64,000 bases of DNA from Naegleria gruberi (Eukaryota): assembly GCA_000004985.1 (NCBI GenBank), contig GG738870.1, one strand, 5' to 3'. This document shows positions 22,303 through 30,836 of this stretch, in pieces. The notes under the pieces are model-generated. The model had not been told where the DNA came from. It made no database searches and saw only the letters and a program-made list of their open reading frames with translations. Each line of letters begins with the position of its first letter. The stretch's first letter is position 1. Both the position numbers and the translations under genes were made by a program.

Positions 22303-23970
22303 TTAATGTTTATTTTCTAATTTTTGTTCCAAAGCTTGAATTCTTTCTAAACAAAATTCAATCAATTGGTCTTGTCTTTGAATGGTTTCTTCCAAGTTTT
22401 CAACTTTCTTATTTAAAATTTTGATAATTTCAGAGTTGACAGCTGTGGAATTCTCAACATTAATTGTTTGATCCAAATGTTTTCTTTCAATTGAGTGAAT
22501 AATATCTTCATCTTTAGCTAAATCTATTGGTGTTTTACCTTGAGCATTTTTCAATTGAATATTTGCACCAGCGTCAAGTAAAGCAGTTGTAATTTTCTTC
22601 TTGAAATCGAGTTCTTCATCTGTCGTTGCTGGTAGAACTGCAATATGAAGAGCAGAGTTGCCTTCTTTATCAACTGAGTTTACAAATTCAGGAAACATTT
22701 TGACAATGAAATAAACAACTGATTCTCTCATATTTTCCACAGCAACATGTAGAGGTTGTCTATTCTTATTATCAACATTCTTTTCATCAATATTAAGGGT
22801 AAACGGAGGATTTAACAACACTTTCAATAATTCTATCTGACCTCCAGCTGCAGCCCAATAAACACAAAATGATTTCTGAATATTAATTCCCTTTGATTGG
22901 AAAAAAGAAACCATTTCCAAGTCTCCCAGATATGATGCAAGCGCTATAACATTCATGTTAACCTTTCCAAATTTCTTATGTTTGAATTTTCTGTTCATAT
23001 CAGCATTCTTGTTGATTAAGAAAAGAATCATTTCCTTTTGCTTATTCATGACAGCCTCACATAATGGGGTCCAGTTCTGATAATGAGTGGAGAAAAAACA
23101 AGCATCAATGTAAGCTCCTTTTTGCAACAGATAATTTACAAGTACAGATGAACCGTGGCGAACAGCAAGGTGAAGGGAAGTCTTTATATTTGTTACTGAA
23201 ATCAAAGAAACCAAAATACTTACTTCATGTTCACTCAATGGTTGTAAAATATCCACACCTAACATGTTCAATAATTTTAGATAATCCAAATTACTATTAA
23301 TGGCACATTTTATGACACAATTAAGGATCGTTTCTTTAAATTCTTTTGCAACAATCCAAGCATCAAAATTATCTGCCTTCTCAATGGCATTAGCAACAAA
23401 GTATTCACTAATATAACTATCGTACAAAATATTAATACAATCATAAAGATTAGTGTGACAGACCATGTAGTGAAAAGGAGCTGTAATCATGTTATCGTTA
23501 ATGAACAATGAATAAAACATACTCAGTCCATTTGAATCTTTAAGCTTCAAAAACTCATCCAAAAATTTCAATTCTTTCATCTTCTCAAACACAAAGCTCC
23601 CGTTAGAAAAATCAAGGTCATTTGAACCTTTATGTTTGAAACCATATTGAATGGCCAAGTGAAGACAATTTCTATTCTCCAAACAAAGATGAGGTCCTTT
23701 TAATTGACTTGCATTGGAAGTTGTAAATAACAGTTTTAGTCTGGAAACGGAACCTTCTTTCAATGAAAACACAAACTCTTTCAATACATCCGATTCAAAA
23801 GTTTTTGATTTTATATCTTCCATTATGCTTGCATTCCTCTTTCTTCCTAATTCCTTTTCACTCTCGTCTTTGACATGAAGACCTTCATTCATCTTCATGA
23901 TTGTATTTTTCCTTAATACACTTTGCCTCCTTGAAGGAGAAATAGGAAGCTGAGGTAATGGCTTGCTCAT
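22303..23970 (-). CDS. ankyrin-repeat protein with a C-terminal coiled coil
   Basis: Multiple ANK units (LHLAVRHGSSVLVNYLLQKGAYID, PLHVAVENMRESVVYFIVKM..., SALHIAVLPATTDEELDFKKKITTALLDAGANIQLKNAQGKTPIDLA). Confidence 0.6.
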   Translation of the reverse strand: MSKPLPQLPISPSRRQSVLRKNTIMKMNEGLHVKDESEKELGRKRNASIMEDIKSKTFESDVLKEFVFSLKEGSVSRLKLLFTTSNASQLKGPHLCLENRNCLHLAIQYGFKHKGSNDLDFSNGSFVFEKMKELKFLDEFLKLKDSNGLSMFYSLFINDNMITAPFHYMVCHTNLYDCINILYDSYISEYFVANAIEKADNFDAWIVAKEFKETILNCVIKCAINSNLDYLKLLNMLGVDILQPLSEHEVSILVSLISVTNIKTSLHLAVRHGSSVLVNYLLQKGAYIDACFFSTHYQNWTPLCEAVMNKQKEMILFLINKNADMNRKFKHKKFGKVNMNVIALASYLGDLEMVSFFQSKGINIQKSFCVYWAAAGGQIELLKVLLNPPFTLNIDEKNVDNKNRQPLHVAVENMRESVVYFIVKMFPEFVNSVDKEGNSALHIAVLPATTDEELDFKKKITTALLDAGANIQLKNAQGKTPIDLAKDEDIIHSIERKHLDQTINVENSTAVNSEIIKILNKKVENLEETIQRQDQLIEFCLERIQALEQKLENKH

Positions 23971-23987
23971 TTTTTTAATAAGACACT

Positions 23988-24164
23988 ATGCTACTGGGAT
24001 GTGTTATCATTACAGCAATATTAATAAAAATGAATAGAGGATGTATGGATGTTAACAGTTTAGTAGTTGGAGGAGTACAGGATGTAAAAGACAATGTGGT
24101 CGGAGGATTCCACACTTTGAATAAGGCTACATCAATTTTGAAGAGAACACTTATCACCTGTTGA
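23988..24164 (+). CDS. short paralog (58 aa) of the GGVQDVK-repeat small-protein gene at 28243..28644
   Basis: MLLGCVIITAILIKMNRG...VVGGVQDVKDNVVGGFHTLNKATSILKR, roughly 75% nt identity to 28350..28560 (hand alignment, not computed). Hydrophobic N-terminus. Possibly a truncated or pseudogenised copy. Confidence 0.3.
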   Translation: MLLGCVIITAILIKMNRGCMDVNSLVVGGVQDVKDNVVGGFHTLNKATSILKRTLITC

Positions 24165-24584
24165 TCATTCAATCCTTTGAATATGTTTACTTTTCCATTG
24201 ACAGAATTTCACATTATTTGTAGATTTGAATTCAGCTTCTTCCTCCTGTTTTTCAGTTAGTAGTTTTACATTAATTTATAATTCATTCTTTGTATTTGTT
24301 TACACAAGAGAATAGTTAATAATAAGAATAGACAAAAGATTCTTGAATGTCCAAGTTTTTACAATGATAAAATGGCCAAACACAACCCTAACTACCGATA
24401 GAAATAAAAAATCAATCTCATTCATGACGGTTGAAATATGAGAATGACAGTTTACAATGATTTTGAAACTAAAATGATTGGATGATCATAGACTTATTGT
24501 ATTGACGTAGAGAATTCACAACCCATACAAACTCTTAAAAGTGTTTGGTCTAAGAGAAAGAAAGGTATTAAAAAAAACATAACA

Positions 24585-25868
24585 ATGAAAGTTTCAAATT
24601 TATTATTCATTTGTCTATTCCTATTCACTTTTGCTTACAAGTTGACTGTTGCCTCTAGCACTTCCAACATGCTACAACCAGTCAATTTATTTCAGAAGAG
24701 AACATCTCAAGCAGTGTGCACATGTCCTAGATGTCCAGACAAAATTAACATCAACAATTTCTTGTTCTCAACTGAGGTGAATTGTCCCACCAAGTGTCCC
24801 ACAGGCTATTACGTCAATGGAATGGATCTCTTGATTTCACCATTTAATGACTACCATACCTACATTATTGAAACTACATCCACTGACACTTCAAACAAAA
24901 TTAATGACTTGTCAAAAGATCAAACCAGATACAATCTTGGAGATTGTTTCAGTGCCTCTACTTCCTTAAATCTTGATACCACTGATTACACTACCAAGAT
25001 TACATGTAAGAATGCCATTACTCAATGCTCAGTTCAAGTGAAAAATGTTTGTTTTTGCTCCAAATCCCCTTCAAAATTGGTTATTATTGCTCCTTCTCTT
25101 GTTGTGACTGGATCTAAATACACACCTGAAGTAAGAATTGTTGACAATGATGGAAATATAGTTCCAAGAAACTATCTCATTGAATTCATTTCACCTGGTC
25201 AATCCTATACTTCTATGGCATCAAATGGTATCATGAAAGTTAATGAACTTATTGCCCCAAGCTCTGGTACTGTTACATTAAGAGCTTCTATCAGTTCTCT
25301 TTCAGGTTCTGCTCCTTCATTGACTTCTGCTGAGTTTACTGTCACTGTCACTCAATCCTTATTCACATGTTATGGTGCTTCACCTTCCAACAGTTCTGTT
25401 TGTAGTGGTAAAGGAACATGTACTGCTCAAGATGTTTGCTCATGTTTCACAGGATACAGTGGTAGTAAATGTGAAACATTCTCCTCAACCACTCAAGTTT
25501 CCAGCATTAAACTCTCAGTTCCCTCCACTGTGAATAGTGGTTCTCAATTTACTGCAACTGTTTCAATGTTGGATTCAAGTGGAAGTACCATGAAATCAGG
25601 TTCAGGAACTATCACTTTGGATATTGTTGGTGCATCTTCTGATGTTACAATGGTTGGTGATAAGTCCAAAGTGGCAGGTGAAGGTGTTGCTTCATTCTCT
25701 GTTCAATTGTCAACATTGACATCAACTTCGATCTCTCTAAAGGCGAACTATCAAACACTTTCAGATACCAAATCAGTTAATGTGGATATATCCAGGACAT
25801 CTCAATGTGCTGCCATTTGGAGTTATCTTTTCACAATAACCTTTTTTGTAATTTTATTTATTATCTAA
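24585..25868 (+). CDS. secreted, probably GPI-anchored, Cys-rich glycoprotein with an EGF-like module and Ser/Thr-rich repeats
   Basis: Signal peptide MKVSNLLFICLFLFTFAYKL. EGF-like CSGKGTCTAQDVCSCFTGYSGSKCE. S/T-rich segments. C-terminal hydrophobic tail AAIWSYLFTITFFVILFII typical of a GPI signal. Confidence 0.6.
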   Translation: MKVSNLLFICLFLFTFAYKLTVASSTSNMLQPVNLFQKRTSQAVCTCPRCPDKININNFLFSTEVNCPTKCPTGYYVNGMDLLISPFNDYHTYIIETTSTDTSNKINDLSKDQTRYNLGDCFSASTSLNLDTTDYTTKITCKNAITQCSVQVKNVCFCSKSPSKLVIIAPSLVVTGSKYTPEVRIVDNDGNIVPRNYLIEFISPGQSYTSMASNGIMKVNELIAPSSGTVTLRASISSLSGSAPSLTSAEFTVTVTQSLFTCYGASPSNSSVCSGKGTCTAQDVCSCFTGYSGSKCETFSSTTQVSSIKLSVPSTVNSGSQFTATVSMLDSSGSTMKSGSGTITLDIVGASSDVTMVGDKSKVAGEGVASFSVQLSTLTSTSISLKANYQTLSDTKSVNVDISRTSQCAAIWSYLFTITFFVILFII

Positions 25869-25922
25869 TAATAATAATATTGCATTAAATAAATTTAATA
25901 TTACAAAATTTAATTATTATAA

Positions 25923-26266
25923 ATGGATCAAGACTTCATTGACTCAAGTTATTTCTCAAATGATCTGACAAAGTCTAATAACATCAAGTCATGTATTAGA
26001 ATAGTGTTCAAGTAGGTAATACCAGTAGTATTTTACGTGAATTTTATCATGAGCTTCCAAAGAAACATTCTAAGGGAGGTCAATCTCTTGAAAGATTTGC
26101 TAGAAATAGAGAAATTGCCAAGAATGAATATCTAAAGATTATTGCAGAGAAGGCAAATTCTTTATTCGTATCGCCAACTTTGAATGCTCCAACTGTAGAT
26201 GCTATTATTCTTGCTGGATGTGCTGAATTGAAGAATGAATTACTTTCTCTCAAATCTGATTGTTTG
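25923..26266 (+). pseudogene. ETF1: eRF1 (peptide chain release factor subunit 1) relic retaining NIKS-like and GGQ-motif segments
   Basis: 25923.. encodes ...LTKSNNIKSCIRI (eRF1 TASNIKSRVNRL). In the +1 frame from about 25998, VQVGNTSSILREFYHELPKKHSKGGQSLERFARNREIAKNEYLKIIAEKANSLFVS...AIILAGCAELKNELLS matches eRF1 domain 2 ([47 protein letters not shown]...LVLAGSADFKTELS). Domain 1 is mostly missing, the two segments are in different frames, and there is no room for domain 3 before the next gene. Confidence 0.5.
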
Positions 26267-26302
26267 GTAATAGTAAAATAGTAAAAAGTAACTAAGAGTG
26301 AT

Positions 26303-27398
26303 TTAGGTCAATTTGAACATGCCTTGAATTGCCTTGGCAGAGTAAGCTTCTTCCAAACTCTTCTTTTCTTCATCGGTTAATTGAATTTCCAATGCTTGCA
26401 CATTGAGTTCAATATTTACAGCTTTAGTGGCGCCAACAATTGGACAAGCAACACCTGGCTTGGAAAGCAACCAAGCAAGTGCAATTTGAGCAGGTGGTAC
26501 ATTTCTCTTCTTTGCAATTTCTGAAACTCTTCTCAATGTTTCTTTATCACCCTCTGTTAAATTTTCCTTAAATATATTTTGGAAATAATCAGAGGTAGCT
26601 CTCTTGGAATCAATTGCTTGTTCAGCATTGACAAATTCATGAGCACGAGCGAGCATTCCATTGGAAAGAGGTCCCCATGGAGTGAGAGAAACATGTTGGT
26701 CAACACATAATGGATTCATTTCTCTTTCTTCTTCTCTATAGATGAGATTGTGGAGATTTTGCATGGAAATGAATTTGGTCAATCCCTTCTTCTCAGCATA
26801 GTGTTGAGCTTTAGCAAATTGCCAAGCAAACATTGTGGAAGCACCAATGTATCTGACCTTTCCAGACTTGACTAAATCATGGAGTGTTTCCATAGTTTCT
26901 TCAATTGGAGTATTTTCATCCCAACGATGGATAATGTACAAATCAATGTCTATTCAATCAATCATTATTAATCAAATGAAATATTTCAGTAAACTTACAA
27001 TCGAGACCTAATCTTTGCAATGAATCTTCAACTGCATGCATAATGTGCTTTCTGGAGAGACCAAAAGTGTTTGGTTTCAACTTGCTAAAGTCCATTACCA
27101 TAGATTGTTCACCACTTCTGTCCACTGGAGCACAAACTTTGGTAGCCACAACAATTTCCTCTCTTGAAATGTTGAATTTCTTAATGAAATTTCCTAAAAT
27201 TCTTTCACTTTCTCCATTACTATAAACATTGGCAGTATCGAAAAAGTTAATTCCCAAATCCCATGCCTTCTTCAAAATGATCATTGATTCCTCTTCATTC
27301 AATACCCAAGGCATCCACTTGGAAGATCCAAAACTCATACAACCCAAACAAAGTTGAGAAACCTTCAAACCACTATTACCCAAATTGACGTATTTCAT
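26303..27398 (-). CDS. aldo-keto reductase family oxidoreductase; exons 27398..26999 and 26949..26303
   Basis: The N-terminal ORF (MKYVNLGNSGLKVSQLCLGCMSFG...SLQRLGLD) and C-terminal ORF (IDLYIIHRWDENT...) are joined by a 49-nt intron (donor GTAAGT is the revcomp of ACTTAC at 26993-26998). The junction restores the AKR consensus LGLDYIDLYIIH. Confidence 0.8.
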
Positions 27399-27513
27399 TG
27401 TTTCTTTAATATTTTTTCTCTATCAAACTATGAAGCTTATTCAATAAGAATTGAATTTGTTTTTTTTGTTTTTGAAATTGTTCTTCTTTATTGCCAGCGA
27501 ATTTAAGTAGGAA

Positions 27514-27613
27514 AATTTGTGCTCATATTTTCGCGAGCAGATTAATGTTTTGATGGTTTTGGATGGATATGATGATTTAAAATTGTGCTCACATTTTCAC
27601 GAGCAGATTAATG
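27514..27613. repeat. two 33-bp direct repeats (27514..27546 and 27581..27613, 30/33 identical) with a TTTTCGCGAG / TTTTCACGAG core
   Basis: ATTTGTGCTCATATTTTCGCGAGCAGATTAATG versus AATTGTGCTCACATTTTCACGAGCAGATTAATG, about 150 bp upstream of tRNA-Met. Confidence 0.7.
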
Positions 27614-27760
27614 ACTGTAGACATTTAAAAAAAGTGAATTCTTTTTGTAAATTGGTACAAGGTCAATCTGGTTTTGGATGTTATGTAATTCCTTTTGTAA
27701 GCACTCAAGCACTCACTTTGGACTTCAACAAGCATTCATACTTTTGGCTAATAATGTATC

Positions 27761-27833
27761 GGGGTCATGGCGCAGTCGGTAGCGCGTAGGTCTCATAATC
27801 CTAAGGTCGTGAGTTCGATCCTCACTGACCCCA
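27761..27833 (+). tRNA. tRNA-Met elongator (anticodon CAT)
   Basis: Acceptor GGGGTCA/TGACCCC, D-arm GCGC-AGTCGGTA-GCGC, anticodon loop CTCATAA (CAT at 27794-27796), T-arm GTGAG-TTCGATC-CTCAC. G1-C72 and a close match to the eukaryotic elongator Met sequence. T5 at 27836-27840. Confidence 0.85.
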
Positions 27834-27835
27834 AC

Positions 27836-27840
27836 TTTTT
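27836..27840 (+). terminator. Pol III T-run terminator after tRNA-Met
   Basis: TTTTT sits 3 nt after the discriminator base. Confidence 0.5.
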
Positions 27841-28242
27841 GCTTTCAATTAGTCATATTTAAGAACCCTTATTGAACTTTCCACGAAGAGGATTCTGGAA
27901 CAACAAGGTGGAAATAGTATTAGATTTTTAAATTTATGCCTTCAAGATTGGTTTCAACATCATCTGTTAAATCTGTTAAACCACAAAAGAAAGATAAAAA
28001 CAAAGCCAGTAAATCCTGTGAGAAAGAAGCTCAAAACCAATAATGCCAAACTTCATACCAGCCCACAACAAAGCTAAAATCCAAATCCCACAACCAGCGA
28101 AAATAGTGCCTGAGCACGTGGTGATATTAGCCAACTCCAGAATTCGGTATTTTATTATAGAATAGAAACAGAAATATGAAGGAATTTTCAAATTAATGTT
28201 GCTAAATGGCTTTTAGGCTGTATTAAGACAGATGTTAAGAAT

Positions 28243-28644
28243 TTGAGAATGAAAGTTGGTGCCCTGTTACAAGGTGCTCAGTCGTCTTTTAACAGACATT
28301 ATCAATGGCTTGTTCTGTTTTTTAACGATAAAACATCTATGCTTCTTGGACGTGTTATTATTACAGCAACATTAATAAAAATGAATAGAGGATTTATAAC
28401 GGAAGGTGTACAGGATGTTAAAGGTTTAGTGGTCGGTGGTGTTCAGGATGTTAAAGGCTTAGTAGTTGGAGGAGTACAGGATGTAAAGGACAAGGTGGTT
28501 GGAGGATTCCACACTTTGAATAAGGCTACATCAATATTGAGGAGAAAAATTATTAGTGATGTTGGAAATGCTAAGGAACTAAATAAGAAGGTGATCAGTT
28601 ATTTTACAGGAAAAGAGAGTAGGTTGATGAAGAATATTATTTAA
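28243..28644 (+). CDS. small protein with three tandem 11-aa repeats (GGVQDVKGLVV); paralog of 23988..24164
   Basis: 133-aa ORF. ...EGVQDVKGLVVGGVQDVKGLVVGGVQDVKDKVVGGFHTLNKATSILRRK. Hydrophobic segment LLGRVIITATLIKM. No known family recognised. Confidence 0.45.
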   Translation: MRMKVGALLQGAQSSFNRHYQWLVLFFNDKTSMLLGRVIITATLIKMNRGFITEGVQDVKGLVVGGVQDVKGLVVGGVQDVKDKVVGGFHTLNKATSILRRKIISDVGNAKELNKKVISYFTGKESRLMKNII

Positions 28645-28715
28645 TAATTAATAATTATAAATAATATTTTAAATAGAGGCTCTTGAACATCCTTCAACAA
28701 TTAATTTTGCATCAG

Positions 28716-30765
28716 ATGAATTTGATCCTGAGGATTGTAGGTTATCATCAATGTTTAATAATTCTGATTTTTAGATACTGATACCTTATTCACAAAATCC
28801 GATTACAAACAAATTGAAAGCAATTGGCTTGCAGGATTATCTATTGAACAAACAAAAGCAAAGGAAAAATTACAAGAATTAGTTTCAGATAATTATATAC
28901 AATTCATTGATGCTTCAAAAGAGGTTTCAAGTTTTATGGATGTTGATTTGATTGAAATTGGTAATCTTGTAACTTCTATGAAAAATGTTATTTCAGACAT
29001 TGACTCAGTTGATTTGACTTTGGATTATAGATGTTTGTACCCAACTTTTAAAAGTGTTGATGTTGAGGCTTTAAGAGAAGTTGAATATACAATGCTACCA
29101 GAATTGGAAATGATAATTTCTCAAAGACTATTTCACAAAGCAGCAGAATTGGTTGAATTAATAGATAAAAAACTAGTGTTGGAAGATGATATCAAAATGG
29201 AAAAAGACTACAGAGCGTCACTTCAACAATTGAAAAAGAAATTCTACCAAAAAAGAATTGAACTCAGTGAATCTGTTTCTGAGTCGGTCAAAAGTGGCCT
29301 TTCCAGTAATAAGGATGTTAAATTATTGGAAAAAATTTCAGGAACAGAGATTGCTATTACAACTTATCTAAAAGGAAAAAAGGTTAGAATTAAGAATATT
29401 CTTACAAAGATAGAATGCAGAGGAAATGTTGAGGACTACACAAAAACAGCCTCCAAACATGTTTTCAAGATGATTGAAGTAGTTTGTGCGGAGTTTAGAG
29501 AGTTATTTACTGATGATACAAATACCTCTTTTTTTATTCAGTGGTCATTTGAGGTGTTAGAAAAATTAGTCTCCACTGTCAAAGTTCAAATATTAGGTCA
29601 ACAATGTTTTGAAACCACATCTAACAGTATCAATGTTATCATTAAGAAGGCTCAACAGTTAGAAAAGATGGGTATCACAGTATCTTTCTACATACATAAA
29701 CTGTTGTTACCTGATGTTGAGAAAACAATGAGACAACGATGTATTGAATTAAGAGAGGAGATATTTAGAATAGCTTGTTCTGAATTATGGAATTACAAAA
29801 ATGTTCCCTGCGATTTATTTGCTGTTGCCCTTCCAGATGTTGTAAAGCAATTGAAGGTGGGGCAAAGTTGCCTTGTATTTGTGAATAGTATTCGTACTTT
29901 TATTATTAATTGTAGTTTAATAGTTTCCTCATATGTAAGTAATCACATACCAATATCTTACACCGTCAAGTCTTTCAATATTGTAAATATGTGTGTCACA
30001 GAACTCTTTGAGACTACCTTATCAAAATATTATGAGATTGGTTTGTCAAAAACCATTAGTGAGAAACAATTCTTTGTAATTTTATCAAGTTCAAGGTTTA
30101 TCTTACAAGGAATGTTGGAGGAGGTTTCAGAGATGTTAAAGGTTTGTTCTTGTAAACATATTTTCTCTTTAACATTTGATTAGTTATTATTTGATAAGAA
30201 TTTACCAGTAGAAATTACAATTCTTAAATCTAAAATATTTGGTTTTGATTCAAGATTGTTAGAGAAATATTGTGAGAACAAAGCTTTCAATTTAGTAGAT
30301 GAAAAAATAGGATGGAATCACAGCTACATTGCTCAAGAAATATCATCTGTAACGAGTGTCAGCAAATTCTTTGCTCAGGTCATCTCATACTTTGATAAAT
30401 TATCGAATCATATAGCTTCATCTTTTGACAAGGATTCTATCCCAATAATGAGGCTTTTCATTAAATATACGGTAGAATATCTTACTGACAAGAGTAATGC
30501 AATGACAAGCATGATTGAGGATACAAAAGAATCAGCAAAGAAACATAAGGTTAATCAGATTATTCTTGATCTGAGCTACTTTAAACAACAATTATCAAGC
30601 AGAGATTTTATTTCAGAGGAAGTAAGTATTGTTTTAATCATAATTATTTACCCATGATAGGATGAGGATACGATTATATCATATATTGATTTCATAAGAG
30701 ATTTAAACCATGGATCAGAGAGTGTGCTCTCTAATCGAGCAATTGAAGAGATACTTAATAAATAA
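28716..30765 (+). CDS. Exo84 (EXOC8)-like / CATCHR-family vesicle-tethering subunit candidate; exons 28716..28740 (tentative), 28775..30141, 30184..30621 and 30661..30765
   Basis: Introns GTTTGT(30142)..TAG(30183) and GTAAGT(30622)..TAG(30660) join ORFs 28936..30183, 30256..30657 and a terminal 35-codon exon. The N-terminal segment ...ELVSDNYIQFIDASKEVSSFMDVDLIEIGNLVTSMK parallels Exo84 ...KRNVYQNYRQFIETAREISYLESEMYQLSHLL. AQQLEKMGITVSFYIHKLLLPDVEKT parallels HCQQLGDIGLDLTFIIHALLVKDIQG. The first micro-exon and start codon are uncertain. Confidence 0.4.
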
Positions 30766-30836
30766 ACTTTGCCGCCAATTTCTCCCGCTTTTTGTTGGCG
30801 TTTTTCAGTACAACAATAAAAATCAATATCAAAAAA

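Noticed and set aside
23064-23300. Plus-strand ORF 23064..23300 inside the ankyrin gene, and similar short antisense ORFs (2128..2385, 5638..5889, 7350..7895, 12070..12608, 13009..13509, 40023..40658, 53547..54001, 57073..57632)
   Set aside because: All are antisense or alternative-frame to long, domain-bearing ORFs and lack independent support.
27517-27789. ORF 27517..27789 (plus, 90 aa) upstream of tRNA-Met
   Set aside because: It spans the two 33-bp direct repeats and runs into the tRNA gene. No coding signal. Interpreted as a non-coding repeat region.
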